This document shows positions 47,035 to 55,891 of a stretch of 64,000 nt of DNA, piece after piece. The notes beneath the pieces are model-generated. The model did no database searches and was not told the origin of the DNA. It was given only the letters and a program-made list of their open reading frames with translations. The stretch is from an uncultured Pelagibacteraceae bacterium. Lineage in GTDB: Bacteria > Pseudomonadota > Alphaproteobacteria > Pelagibacterales > Pelagibacteraceae. The stretch is from positions 599 through 64,598 of the forward strand of contig CACEJN010000001.1 of NCBI GenBank assembly GCA_902559935.1, in the 5' to 3' direction. The position numbers and the translations under genes are program-made. Within the stretch, counting starts at the first letter, position 1, and every line of letters begins with the position of its first letter.

Positions 47035-47169
47035 TATATTCTCCTCTAGTTAATTAACTGAAGAAATTTAAACATAGATTCAGTTTAGAGTCTTTCTAAA
47101 AGATGGGCCAAAATGACCCATATTGAACAAATTTTAAAAAAAATTTCAATTTCTAGTAGAACTAAAGTT

Positions 47170-48243
47170 TTAAATTAACTTATTATCTTCATAAACACAG
47201 CATTTCTCAGCGGGTATATGAAGTTTAACATTCTGGTTTGGTATTTCGGTCTCTCTGGTGACTTTTGATTTAATTGTAAAATCTCCCATTTTGGCAGTGA
47301 TTAATTTATAGTTTCCAAGATCCTCAACCTTTTCGACATTAACATCAATTAAGTTTTGATTTTGGTTTTGTGCGATCTTAATGAATTCAGATCTAATTCC
47401 TAATTTAATATTTTTTGTTTTTAAATTGGATAAATTTGTATGGGTTTTAATTAAAGTATTATTAATCTTTACACTATCGTTTGAGGAAGCTTCACTTTCA
47501 AATAAATTCATAGCTGGTGATCCAATAAAGTATCCAACAAACGTTGTATTAGGTCTTTCAAAAAGTTCTTTCGGAGAACCAGTTTGAACCACTTCTCCTT
47601 CACTCATAACTATTATATTATCTGCAAAAGTCATCGCTTCGTTTTGGTCGTGCGTTACATAAACTAATGTTGTTTTGTATTGCTCATTAATTTCTTTAAG
47701 ATTTCTTCTTAATCTAAATTTTAAGTCTGGATCAATAACAGTTAAAGGCTCATCCATTAGAACAGCGGCAACATCTTCTCTTACAAGACCTCTTCCTAAA
47801 GATATTAATTGCTTTTGATCTGCTGTTAATTTTCTTGCAGGAGAATTTAAAAAAGATTTTAAATTTAAAGTTTCAGCAACTGAATTAACTCTTTCATCGG
47901 TTTTACTTTTAGAAAAATCTCTACATTTAAGTGGAAAAGCTAAATTTTCATAAACAGTCATTGTATTATAAATAACTGGAAATTGAAAAACTTGAGCAAT
48001 ATTTCTATCTTCTGTTTTTAAATCTGTAACATCTTTATCATCAAATAATATTCTTCCAGCAGAAGGCCTTACTAAGCCAGATACAATATTTAGCATTGTA
48101 GTTTTTCCGCATCCAGAAGGACCTAAGATCGCATATCGATTTCCATTTTCCCATGTCATCGAAAAAGGATTCAAGGCATAAACTGGATTTGGATCATTTG
48201 GATTGTATGAATGAGAAATGTTACTTAAATCAATTTTAGCCAT
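47170..48243 (-). CDS. ABC ATP-binding subunit, GlpT (glycerol ABC)-like
   Basis: MAKIDLSNISHSY..YAL N-terminus, GPSGCGKT, degenerate signature LTADQKQ, DEPLTVIDP, VTHDQ. Confidence 0.88.
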   Translation of the reverse strand: MAKIDLSNISHSYNPNDPNPVYALNPFSMTWENGNRYAILGPSGCGKTTMLNIVSGLVRPSAGRILFDDKDVTDLKTEDRNIAQVFQFPVIYNTMTVYENLAFPLKCRDFSKSKTDERVNSVAETLNLKSFLNSPARKLTADQKQLISLGRGLVREDVAAVLMDEPLTVIDPDLKFRLRRNLKEINEQYKTTLVYVTHDQNEAMTFADNIIVMSEGEVVQTGSPKELFERPNTTFVGYFIGSPAMNLFESEASSNDSVKINNTLIKTHTNLSNLKTKNIKLGIRSEFIKIAQNQNQNLIDVNVEKVEDLGNYKLITAKMGDFTIKSKVTRETEIPNQNVKLHIPAEKCCVYEDNKLI

Positions 48244-49315
48244 TTAAACCTCCAAAAGGTGAAGATGCTAATTTTCCATCAGCATGAAACGCATAAGCTT
48301 TATCAATTTTAAAATTAATTTTAATTTTGTCGTGTATCTTAAAGTTTAAAACTTCTTCTATTGAAACTATAATTTTTGTATTTCCTCTCTTTAGGTGAAG
48401 CAATGTTTCTGAGCCACTTATTTCTGCAAGCTCAACTTCAAATTCATGTCCATTTTCATTTAATTCGATATCAGAAGATCTTAATCCAATTTTTAAACCA
48501 TCTTCCGTTAATTTAGATAAATGTTGTGGAGCCTCTACATCAATGCCTTCAAATTTAATATGATTATCTGAAATTTTAGCTTCTATTATATTCATTGGGG
48601 GGTCATTAGAGATTTCTGCAACTTTCAATGAGTTTGGATTTTCAAATATTTCTTTTGCCGGACCAACTTGTAGGACCTTACCTTCATCTAGAACTATAAC
48701 TTCACCATTTAATTCCATAGTTTCTCTTGGATCTGTGGTTGAATAAATTAATATTGTTTCATCTGCTAAACCTTTAGAAAATAGGTTTTTAAACTCTTCT
48801 CTAAGTTGCTCTCTCAATTTGTAATCCAAATTTACCAAAGGTTCGTCTAGTAATAATATTTTTGCGTTTTTAACCAGGGATCTTGCAAGCGAAACTCTTT
48901 GTTGCTGACCTCCTGAAAGCTCTTGGATCTTTCTATTTTCAAAACCTACCAACCCAACAGACTTTAACGCATCCATTACTTTATCATTGATAACAGTTTG
49001 ATCTATTTTTCTTTGTTTCAAAGGAAAAGATATGTTTTCAAAAACATTTAAATGAGGATAGTTTATGAATTGCTGATAAACCATAGCTACATTTCTTTCC
49101 CAGACAGGAACTTTTAAAAAATTTTTACCATCAAATTCAATTTCACCACTGTCTGGTGTTAAGAGACCAGCTATTGTTTTTAATAAAGTAGTCTTTCCAG
49201 ATAGTGTTCTTCCTAAAATCGTATAGAGATTTCCTTCTTTAAAATTAAAAGATACTTCGTTTAAATGATATTGATCATCAGGTTTATAAGATAAATTGTT
49301 AGCAACTAAATCCAT
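48236..49315 (-). CDS. ABC ATP-binding subunit, GlpS (glycerol ABC)-like
   Basis: GRTLSGKT, AMVYQQFINYP, LSGGQQQR, DEPLVNLDYKLRE, YSTTDP (H-loop His absent). Confidence 0.88.
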   Translation of the reverse strand: MDLVANNLSYKPDDQYHLNEVSFNFKEGNLYTILGRTLSGKTTLLKTIAGLLTPDSGEIEFDGKNFLKVPVWERNVAMVYQQFINYPHLNVFENISFPLKQRKIDQTVINDKVMDALKSVGLVGFENRKIQELSGGQQQRVSLARSLVKNAKILLLDEPLVNLDYKLREQLREEFKNLFSKGLADETILIYSTTDPRETMELNGEVIVLDEGKVLQVGPAKEIFENPNSLKVAEISNDPPMNIIEAKISDNHIKFEGIDVEAPQHLSKLTEDGLKIGLRSSDIELNENGHEFEVELAEISGSETLLHLKRGNTKIIVSIEEVLNFKIHDKIKINFKIDKAYAFHADGKLASSPFGGLNG

Positions 49316-50163
49316 TATTTAATAGCTCCTGATAAATTTCCTTTTGATAAATATCGTTCAACTATGAACGCAACAATAATTAATGGTGCTACTGAAACTA
49401 AAGCTGATGCTGATAAACTCCACCAAGGGGTCACTGATGAATTTAATGCAACAATCTTTACTGGTAACAATTGAACTTCTGTAAAAGTTAAAATAAAAGC
49501 AAAAAAGAAATCAATCCATCCAAAAATTATACAAAACATTCCAGCTACAATTAATCCTGGTATTGAATTTGGTAACACCACTTTTAAAAATGCTTGATAA
49601 GGATTACAACCATCAATCAGAGCTGTCTCGTCAATTTCTCTTGGAACTTTATTAAAAAAGTCTACCATAATCCAAACTGCTATTGGCATTAATAAAACAA
49701 TGTAAACAACAATTAACCCTGTTAGACTATCTAATAAATTTATCGAACTTAAAAATAAAAAAAATGGAATTGATAAAACTATTGGCGGCATAATTCTTTG
49801 TGAAATAAAGAAAAAAGTAATATCGTTATTTTTTACAAAACCTGCCTTGAATGTATATCTTGATAGTGCATAGGCAGACAATGTTCCAAGAATAATACTA
49901 ATTAAACTTGCAGTACAAGTTACAAACAAGCTATTAAAATAAGGTTCAATTATATCTACCCCTCCTCTGGCTGGCGATTTAATTAAAACCTTCCACCCTT
50001 CTAAATTAGGTTCAAAATCTAACCACGGAATGTAAGTTACTCCACCATTAACAGACTGAAAGTCTTTAAAGGATGTTGTTAAAGCCCAAAGAAAAGGCGC
50101 CACAACAAACACTGTCCAAACGACAATAAAGAAATATTTTAAAAAAATATATAATTTATTCAT
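49315..50163 (-). CDS. Carbohydrate (CUT1) ABC permease
   Basis: Six TM helices, EAA loop ETALIDGC. Confidence 0.9.
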   Translation of the reverse strand: MNKLYIFLKYFFIVVWTVFVVAPFLWALTTSFKDFQSVNGGVTYIPWLDFEPNLEGWKVLIKSPARGGVDIIEPYFNSLFVTCTASLISIILGTLSAYALSRYTFKAGFVKNNDITFFFISQRIMPPIVLSIPFFLFLSSINLLDSLTGLIVVYIVLLMPIAVWIMVDFFNKVPREIDETALIDGCNPYQAFLKVVLPNSIPGLIVAGMFCIIFGWIDFFFAFILTFTEVQLLPVKIVALNSSVTPWWSLSASALVSVAPLIIVAFIVERYLSKGNLSGAIK

Positions 50164-50166
50164 ACT

Positions 50167-51030
50167 CTATTCTTTTAATAAAAGTTTAGTTAAGACTTTT
50201 GCGATTATAGTCAAACTTATGATCATAATTATTAAGTAAGTGAATGACATTGATGCTGCATAACCCATCTGAAATTCTCTTAACCCTTTTATGAAAATAT
50301 AAAAACTTGAAGTTTCAGTAGAAGTTCCCGGGCCACCAGAAGTTAAAACGTAAACTGTATCCATTATCTTTGAAGCCTCAATCAACCTTATAATTATTGC
50401 TCCAATAGATATTGGGGCCATCAATGGAAATGTTACATAAATAAACTTTCTGACTGGACTAGCGCCATCGATAGCAGCAGCCAAAAACGGTTCTTTAGGT
50501 AATGATAATAAGCCCGCTAACAAAAGTAAAAACATAAAAGGTGTCCATTGCCATACCTCAACAATTATTACTGTAAATTTTGCAATAACTGGATCAGTCA
50601 ACCACTTTGGAGCTACACCAAAAATTGATAGCATGTCATTTACAGGTCCTAAAGATTCATGGAAAAAAGTTCTCCAAATAACTGTCATGATCACCGGTGT
50701 GGTCATCATTGGAACTAAAAATAAAACCCTAAAAAATCTTTTAAATTTAATATCTTTCCAGACCATATGTGCCAATGCAAAACCGATCACATATTGTAAG
50801 ATAACTGTTGTAACTGATAAAAAACTCAATCTAAAAAATGATTCCCAGAATCTTGGATCATCCGTAAATAATCTTATGTAATTTTCTAAACCTATGTAAT
50901 CTAAACCAGGATTATAACTATTCCATCCTGATAAACTTAATCTAACTACGAAAATAATTGGAAAAATTAATATTCCTATTAACACAAATAAACCTGGAAA
51001 TAGGAAAAAATATTTATGCTTAAAATTCAT
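50167..51030 (-). CDS. Carbohydrate (CUT1) ABC permease
   Basis: VWQWTPF, AAAIDGAS, TSGGPG. Confidence 0.9.
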   Translation of the reverse strand: MNFKHKYFFLFPGLFVLIGILIFPIIFVVRLSLSGWNSYNPGLDYIGLENYIRLFTDDPRFWESFFRLSFLSVTTVILQYVIGFALAHMVWKDIKFKRFFRVLFLVPMMTTPVIMTVIWRTFFHESLGPVNDMLSIFGVAPKWLTDPVIAKFTVIIVEVWQWTPFMFLLLLAGLLSLPKEPFLAAAIDGASPVRKFIYVTFPLMAPISIGAIIIRLIEASKIMDTVYVLTSGGPGTSTETSSFYIFIKGLREFQMGYAASMSFTYLIIMIISLTIIAKVLTKLLLKE

Positions 51031-51061
51031 TTATAACTAAAGGATTATATTATTTTTATTA

Positions 51062-51091
51062 TATGTGGCCATTAAAATTAATGGCCACATA
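51062..51091 (-). terminator. Strong intercistronic hairpin after the ABC SBP gene
   Basis: TATGTGGCCATTAA-AA-TTAATGGCCACATA, a 14-bp inverted repeat. Confidence 0.75.
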
Positions 51092-51104
51092 AAGTATTTT
51101 TAAA

Positions 51105-52643
51105 TTATAGCTTATTGTCTTCCATTTTGACACCAACAGCATAGGCTTTTTGAACTGCTTTTTTACCTACTCTGCTTACAATTGCTTCCCACTCTTTTGC
51201 AACTTCATCTAAAGCTTCTTGAGGAGATAATTGTCCTGCTAAAGCTTTTGAAGTTCCTGTTGCAACAGCACTTGTAAATTCAAATACACCTGGAACTCTT
51301 AGAGGGAAAACTCTGTTATTACTTTTTTCCATATCTAAAAGTGTCTTAGTGTAACTGTTAGCGATCTCTGGATCCCAACCCATACTATTAATGTAAATGT
51401 TAGGGTCAAAGTCTGAGTTTTTAAATGGGTTAACACCAAATCTACCAATTGCTAAGTCAGCTTGGTGGTTTGCTCCGTTAGAAAAGAAACATAGATAATC
51501 AAACGCCATATCTTTTACTTTACTTTTCTTAGCAACACCTACTGCCCAACCCCAAACAATGTAAGGAGCTTGGTTGTATTGGTTTTCCCAGCTATTAGAT
51601 ACTCTGTTCCAAACTTTGTTTGCGCCTGGAAGTGGAGCTGCACCAACTTTATTTTTAATTGGGCTGTCATCTTGCATCGCTGCAATAAATGCATCATCCC
51701 AAGAAAAACTAAATAAAGTTTGTCCACCACCAAATGATCCGATTTCATCACCTAGACCAAAGTTAGTTCCTCCTGGAGGAACATATTTAGTAGCTTCAAC
51801 CCAATCAGTTAATGCCTCTACAAACCCAGGGTTATTGATGTTTGGCTTCATAGTTTCTAAATCAAAAAAGAAACCACCTGGAGTTCTTGGGTTTTTAGCG
51901 TACGCTACTGATCTACTGAAAAAAGCTGCAAACATTAAGTCATCTTTTTTCATAACCTCAGCTGAACCGTATTCTTTTTCACCGTCTCCATCCCAGTCCC
52001 AACCATTGAAATATTTAGCCATTTCGCCATATTCTTTCCATGTAGTAGGAACTTTTAGTTCTTTACCTGTATCTGCTTTATATTTTTTCTGCATTTCAGG
52101 ATTATCTATTACGTCTTTTCTGTATTTTAGATAATGTCTGTCACCATCAACTGGGTATTGGTACATAGTTCCATCCCAAGACGATACACCCATGTGAGAT
52201 TTAGTTACGTCTTTCATCTCAGGTGAGTTCATGTACTTCTTAGGAACTGGTGCTAAATATCTTTTCCAGTCATTGATGAAGTTAGAAAATCCAAACACAA
52301 TATCGTAAGGTGCTTGTCCAGCTTGGAAAGGAACCATTGCTTTTGAGTACAAATCACCTGCTGGTGTATGTGTAACTTCAACTTTTGCGCCAGTTAATTT
52401 CTCAAACTGTTCAGCATGTAGAGCTGTTGGCTCTCCCATTACTGGAATTGCGTGAGTATTTATTTTAAGAGTTTTTCCTTTGTAATTTTTCTTAGACATC
52501 TTCTCATAAGAACAGTCACCAGGAATATCTCCTGTAGCTTTGATATGTGGAAACTGATCGCTCCACTTATCAGCATATGCCATAGGACTAAATATCATCA
52601 AACTTGATATTATAGCCGTCAAGCAAGTTTTCATTAGTTTCAT
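51105..52643 (-). CDS. ABC substrate-binding protein (family 1, sugar/polyol-like)
   Basis: Sec signal ending MAYA, YRKD, PTTWKEY, SPQEALD. 512 aa. Confidence 0.88.
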   Translation of the reverse strand: MKLMKTCLTAIISSLMIFSPMAYADKWSDQFPHIKATGDIPGDCSYEKMSKKNYKGKTLKINTHAIPVMGEPTALHAEQFEKLTGAKVEVTHTPAGDLYSKAMVPFQAGQAPYDIVFGFSNFINDWKRYLAPVPKKYMNSPEMKDVTKSHMGVSSWDGTMYQYPVDGDRHYLKYRKDVIDNPEMQKKYKADTGKELKVPTTWKEYGEMAKYFNGWDWDGDGEKEYGSAEVMKKDDLMFAAFFSRSVAYAKNPRTPGGFFFDLETMKPNINNPGFVEALTDWVEATKYVPPGGTNFGLGDEIGSFGGGQTLFSFSWDDAFIAAMQDDSPIKNKVGAAPLPGANKVWNRVSNSWENQYNQAPYIVWGWAVGVAKKSKVKDMAFDYLCFFSNGANHQADLAIGRFGVNPFKNSDFDPNIYINSMGWDPEIANSYTKTLLDMEKSNNRVFPLRVPGVFEFTSAVATGTSKALAGQLSPQEALDEVAKEWEAIVSRVGKKAVQKAYAVGVKMEDNKL

Positions 52644-52674
52644 TATTACCTCTCTCTTCCTTTACTTTACTTTA

Positions 52675-53736
52675 TTACGGAACTAAAACAGCTCGTCCCT
52701 TAACCTTACCGTCGTTAAGATCATGGAGTGCTTTATTAGCATCGTCTAATTTATATTCTTGCATGGATAGCTTAACTTTTCCTCGATCAGCTAACTCCAT
52801 CAATTCATATAATTCAGACCACGTTCCCACTAAATTACCTACGATTGTTTTTTCAGAAATAATTAAATCAACTGCTAATGATTTAATTTCTTCTCCGTAT
52901 CCAACAATGTAGTAAAAACCACCATTGGAAGTCATTTGAATTCCCATGGCAGTAGATCCTTTTTCACCTACGAAATCGATAACAGCTTCTGAACCTTTTC
53001 CTTTAGTTAGTTCTTGAACTTTTTCAATTTCGTTTCCATCAATTAAAACTCCGTGATCACCACCAAGTTCCATTGCATGTTTTAAAGCTGCTTCAGATTT
53101 CTCAACTATAATAATGTCAGCTGCACACATTGCTTTCAAACATTGAATAGCGATGTGACCTAAACCTCCTGCACCAATTATTGTACAGCTTTGACCTGGC
53201 AATAAATGTCTTGTTGCCTTTTTAACAACTCTATAAGCTGTAAGACCTGCATCTGAAAAAGGTGCAACATCTTTAGGTGCTAAAACTTTTGGAAGCTTAA
53301 TTAAATTTCTAACACTTGTTTTTAGTAACTCTGAATATCCTCCTTCTTTAATGCTTAAACCAGGAAATGCTCCTGCAGCAGCATGCATATCATTACCTCT
53401 TCTACAATCTAAACAAGTACCACCCGTTCCTGATATTAATGGGTGCAAAATGACTGGGTCACCTTTTTTATATTCTGTAACATCTTTACCTACGTCCTCT
53501 ACCCATCCTGCATTTTCATGTCCCATCACACATGGTAATAATGTTCCATCTGGATCTTGAATATGTTTCCATACTCCTTCAATAATATGTAAATCTGTTC
53601 TGCAAACTCCTGCAGCACCAATTTTAACAATTACATCTGATGCCTTCTCAATCTTAGGATCTGGCATTTCTTCACCTGTAACCCAAACTTTTTCTTTCAT
53701 TTCTGGGTCATACTTGTGCAAAACCTGTGCTTTCAT
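52675..53736 (-). CDS. Zn-dependent NAD(P) alcohol dehydrogenase (MDR family)
   Basis: GVCRTDLH, GHE, SDAGLT, GAGGLG, GRAVLVP. Confidence 0.92.
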   Translation of the reverse strand: MKAQVLHKYDPEMKEKVWVTGEEMPDPKIEKASDVIVKIGAAGVCRTDLHIIEGVWKHIQDPDGTLLPCVMGHENAGWVEDVGKDVTEYKKGDPVILHPLISGTGGTCLDCRRGNDMHAAAGAFPGLSIKEGGYSELLKTSVRNLIKLPKVLAPKDVAPFSDAGLTAYRVVKKATRHLLPGQSCTIIGAGGLGHIAIQCLKAMCAADIIIVEKSEAALKHAMELGGDHGVLIDGNEIEKVQELTKGKGSEAVIDFVGEKGSTAMGIQMTSNGGFYYIVGYGEEIKSLAVDLIISEKTIVGNLVGTWSELYELMELADRGKVKLSMQEYKLDDANKALHDLNDGKVKGRAVLVP

Positions 53737-53768
53737 CGTTTTCTCTCCCTTTTAATTTTAAAAAGCTT

Positions 53769-53827
53769 ATTAAAAAATCGAAGTCCAATGGAGTCAATGC
53801 CGCTTTTAAGTGTTCAAATAGTTAACA
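53769..53827 (-). promoter_or_regulatory. Putative sigma70 promoter of the adh-ABC operon with an upstream TGTT-N9-AACA dyad
   Basis: Minus strand TTGACT (53797-53792)-N17-TTTAAT; TGTTCAAATAGTTAACA at 53811-53827. Confidence 0.4.
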
Positions 53828-53880
53828 AATACAACCTGTGGTTAGTTGTTGAATAGTCTATTTTTATTTATCTTTCAAAA

Positions 53881-54969
53881 ATGGCAAATTTATCTTCAAC
53901 AAGCAAAGAATTTAAAAATATTCTTAAAAAAAGAGGAATGATGTCCTATGAAATGGGCAAAGAAATTTCTGATAGCTGGTCGAGGTGTATTGCTGAGGGG
54001 CTTAATCCATTTCAGGATCCAAAACAAAGCGTAGTATCTTCAATTGAATTAAAAGGGATTAAAGAAAAAAATGAGGCTCTTAGAAAAATAGTTCTTCCTG
54101 AATTAGAACTTTTATACTCTCAAATTGCTGGTACCAATTTTATGGTCGCCTATTCAGACGAGAATGGTTTAGTACTTGATACAATTTATGACAAAACTTG
54201 TCTTCAAACGGATGTAGGTAAAACTGTTATACCAGGATCTATATGGGCTGAGAAGGTTTGTGGTACAAATGGTTTAGGATTATCCGTTGAATTAAAGAAA
54301 CCAACAATAGTTTCTGGAAAAGAACATTTTTTTATAGCACATGAAAATATATCTTGTTTTGCAAGTCCAATAATCAATTATGACGGTAAAACTATTGGAA
54401 TTATAGATGCCTCAACTGACTATATGTCAAGAGAACAACACACTCTGGCTTTAGTGAAACTTGCGACTAGAAGTATCGAAACAAAATTATTTTTGAAAAA
54501 GTTTGAGCATGAATTAATTTTATCCTTTCATCCTCGTCAAGAATATTTATCAACGACAAGTGTTGGTTTGTTGGCTGTTAATGGAGATGGTCTAATAGTA
54601 GGTGCAAACAGTAATGCTAAAATTATGCTTAATGGATTAGTAGATCTGAAAAACGAAAATTTTAATAAAATTTTTACTAATTCATTTTCATCTATTGCAT
54701 CAGATTTATTAAATAATAAAACATTAAAAATTACTGATCATTTAGGTTCATCTGTTTTTGTGGTCAAAAGTCAAATTTTTAAGGAAAACAAATTTGTTGA
54801 AACAAAAAAAGAAAAGAAAAGGAGTACTTGTAAAAACTGTGAAGCTACAAAAATCAAAAGAGAGAAATGTACTTTAATAAGATCAACTTTCGATGAAACA
54901 AATAATATTTCTGCGACTTCTAGAAAATTAGGTGTTTCTAGAACAACAATTTATAAACATTTACAATAA
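53881..54969 (+). CDS. AcoR-like GAF/PAS transcriptional regulator with a Fis-type HTH and no sigma54 AAA+ domain
   Basis: SWSRC, GTNGLG, EHF and CFASPI (AcoR-type GAF); C-terminal NISATSRKLGVSRTTIYKHL. No Walker A or GAFTGA. Confidence 0.85.
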   Translation: MANLSSTSKEFKNILKKRGMMSYEMGKEISDSWSRCIAEGLNPFQDPKQSVVSSIELKGIKEKNEALRKIVLPELELLYSQIAGTNFMVAYSDENGLVLDTIYDKTCLQTDVGKTVIPGSIWAEKVCGTNGLGLSVELKKPTIVSGKEHFFIAHENISCFASPIINYDGKTIGIIDASTDYMSREQHTLALVKLATRSIETKLFLKKFEHELILSFHPRQEYLSTTSVGLLAVNGDGLIVGANSNAKIMLNGLVDLKNENFNKIFTNSFSSIASDLLNNKTLKITDHLGSSVFVVKSQIFKENKFVETKKEKKRSTCKNCEATKIKREKCTLIRSTFDETNNISATSRKLGVSRTTIYKHLQ

Positions 54970-54975
54970 ATTTAT

Positions 54976-55890
54976 TTAGTCAATTGGATAGTCCCAAGCA
55001 TTACCACCTATAACTTTAGAAATTGCTGAAAAGTCTTTAGTATCATTTCCTTCTTTACAAAATTGATCATAAATTTCTAGAGCCATTTTTCCTAATGGTG
55101 TTTCAGCATTTACACTTTTCGCACAATCGTTTGCAAGTTTAAGATCTTTATTCATCATTCCTGCAGAGAAACCCGGACGATAATTATTATTTGAAGGCGT
55201 GCCATCAATTAAACCAGGCAAAGGTGGATAAACAGAAATTGGCCAACTGTTACCTGATGCATTTTTCATAATTTCATGAACTTTTTTAATATCTATATTT
55301 AATCTTTTTGCTAACATTAATGACTCTGAAGCAGCAATCATTGCAATTCCTAGAGCCATATTGTTACAAATCTTAGCACCATTCCCACTACCTAAATCAC
55401 CTGCATGAAATATATTTTTTCCCATGATTTTTAATAAAGGAAGCGCTTTTTCAAAAGCTTCTTTTGATCCACCAACCATTATATTTAAAGTTGCTTTTTG
55501 CGCTCCCATTACTCCACCACTAACTGGCGCATCAATCATTTCTATTCCTTTTTCTGAAGCTTTTTTTCCAATTTGAATAGAAGTTTGAATATCAATTGTA
55601 GAACAATCAATTAGCAAACTATTTTTTGAAACTTTATTTATTATTCCATTATCACCTAAATAAACTTGCTTAGAATGCTTGCCCTCTGGAAGCATAGTAA
55701 TAACCGTATCAACATGATCTATAATTAGATCATCTAAATGTTCGGCTGTTTCAAGATTTTTATCTTTTGCAATCCCAAGCATTTTTTTTGAGACGTCAAA
55801 AACTTTTACAGATTTACCTGCCTTCATTAAATTTTCAGCCATTGGACAACCCATGTTGCCAACGCCTATGAAAGCTATCGATTGAGACAT
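54976..55890 (-). CDS. mmsB: 3-hydroxyisobutyrate dehydrogenase
   Basis: FIGVGNMGCPMA, ITMLP, DAPVSGG, AKICNNM, KDL. Confidence 0.9.
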   Translation of the reverse strand: MSQSIAFIGVGNMGCPMAENLMKAGKSVKVFDVSKKMLGIAKDKNLETAEHLDDLIIDHVDTVITMLPEGKHSKQVYLGDNGIINKVSKNSLLIDCSTIDIQTSIQIGKKASEKGIEMIDAPVSGGVMGAQKATLNIMVGGSKEAFEKALPLLKIMGKNIFHAGDLGSGNGAKICNNMALGIAMIAASESLMLAKRLNIDIKKVHEIMKNASGNSWPISVYPPLPGLIDGTPSNNNYRPGFSAGMMNKDLKLANDCAKSVNAETPLGKMALEIYDQFCKEGNDTKDFSAISKVIGGNAWDYPID

Positions 55891-55891
55891 T

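Noticed and set aside
47102-47120. ATGGGCCA-AAA-TGACCCAT hairpin downstream of the ABC operon
   Set aside because: Could be a weak terminator or an operator, but the stem is imperfect with a short U-tract; too ambiguous to call.
42354-54969. Transporter block as a mobile genomic island
   Set aside because: No integrase, transposase or tRNA, and no evident compositional shift; only the leader duplication (reported above) hints at cassette exchange.
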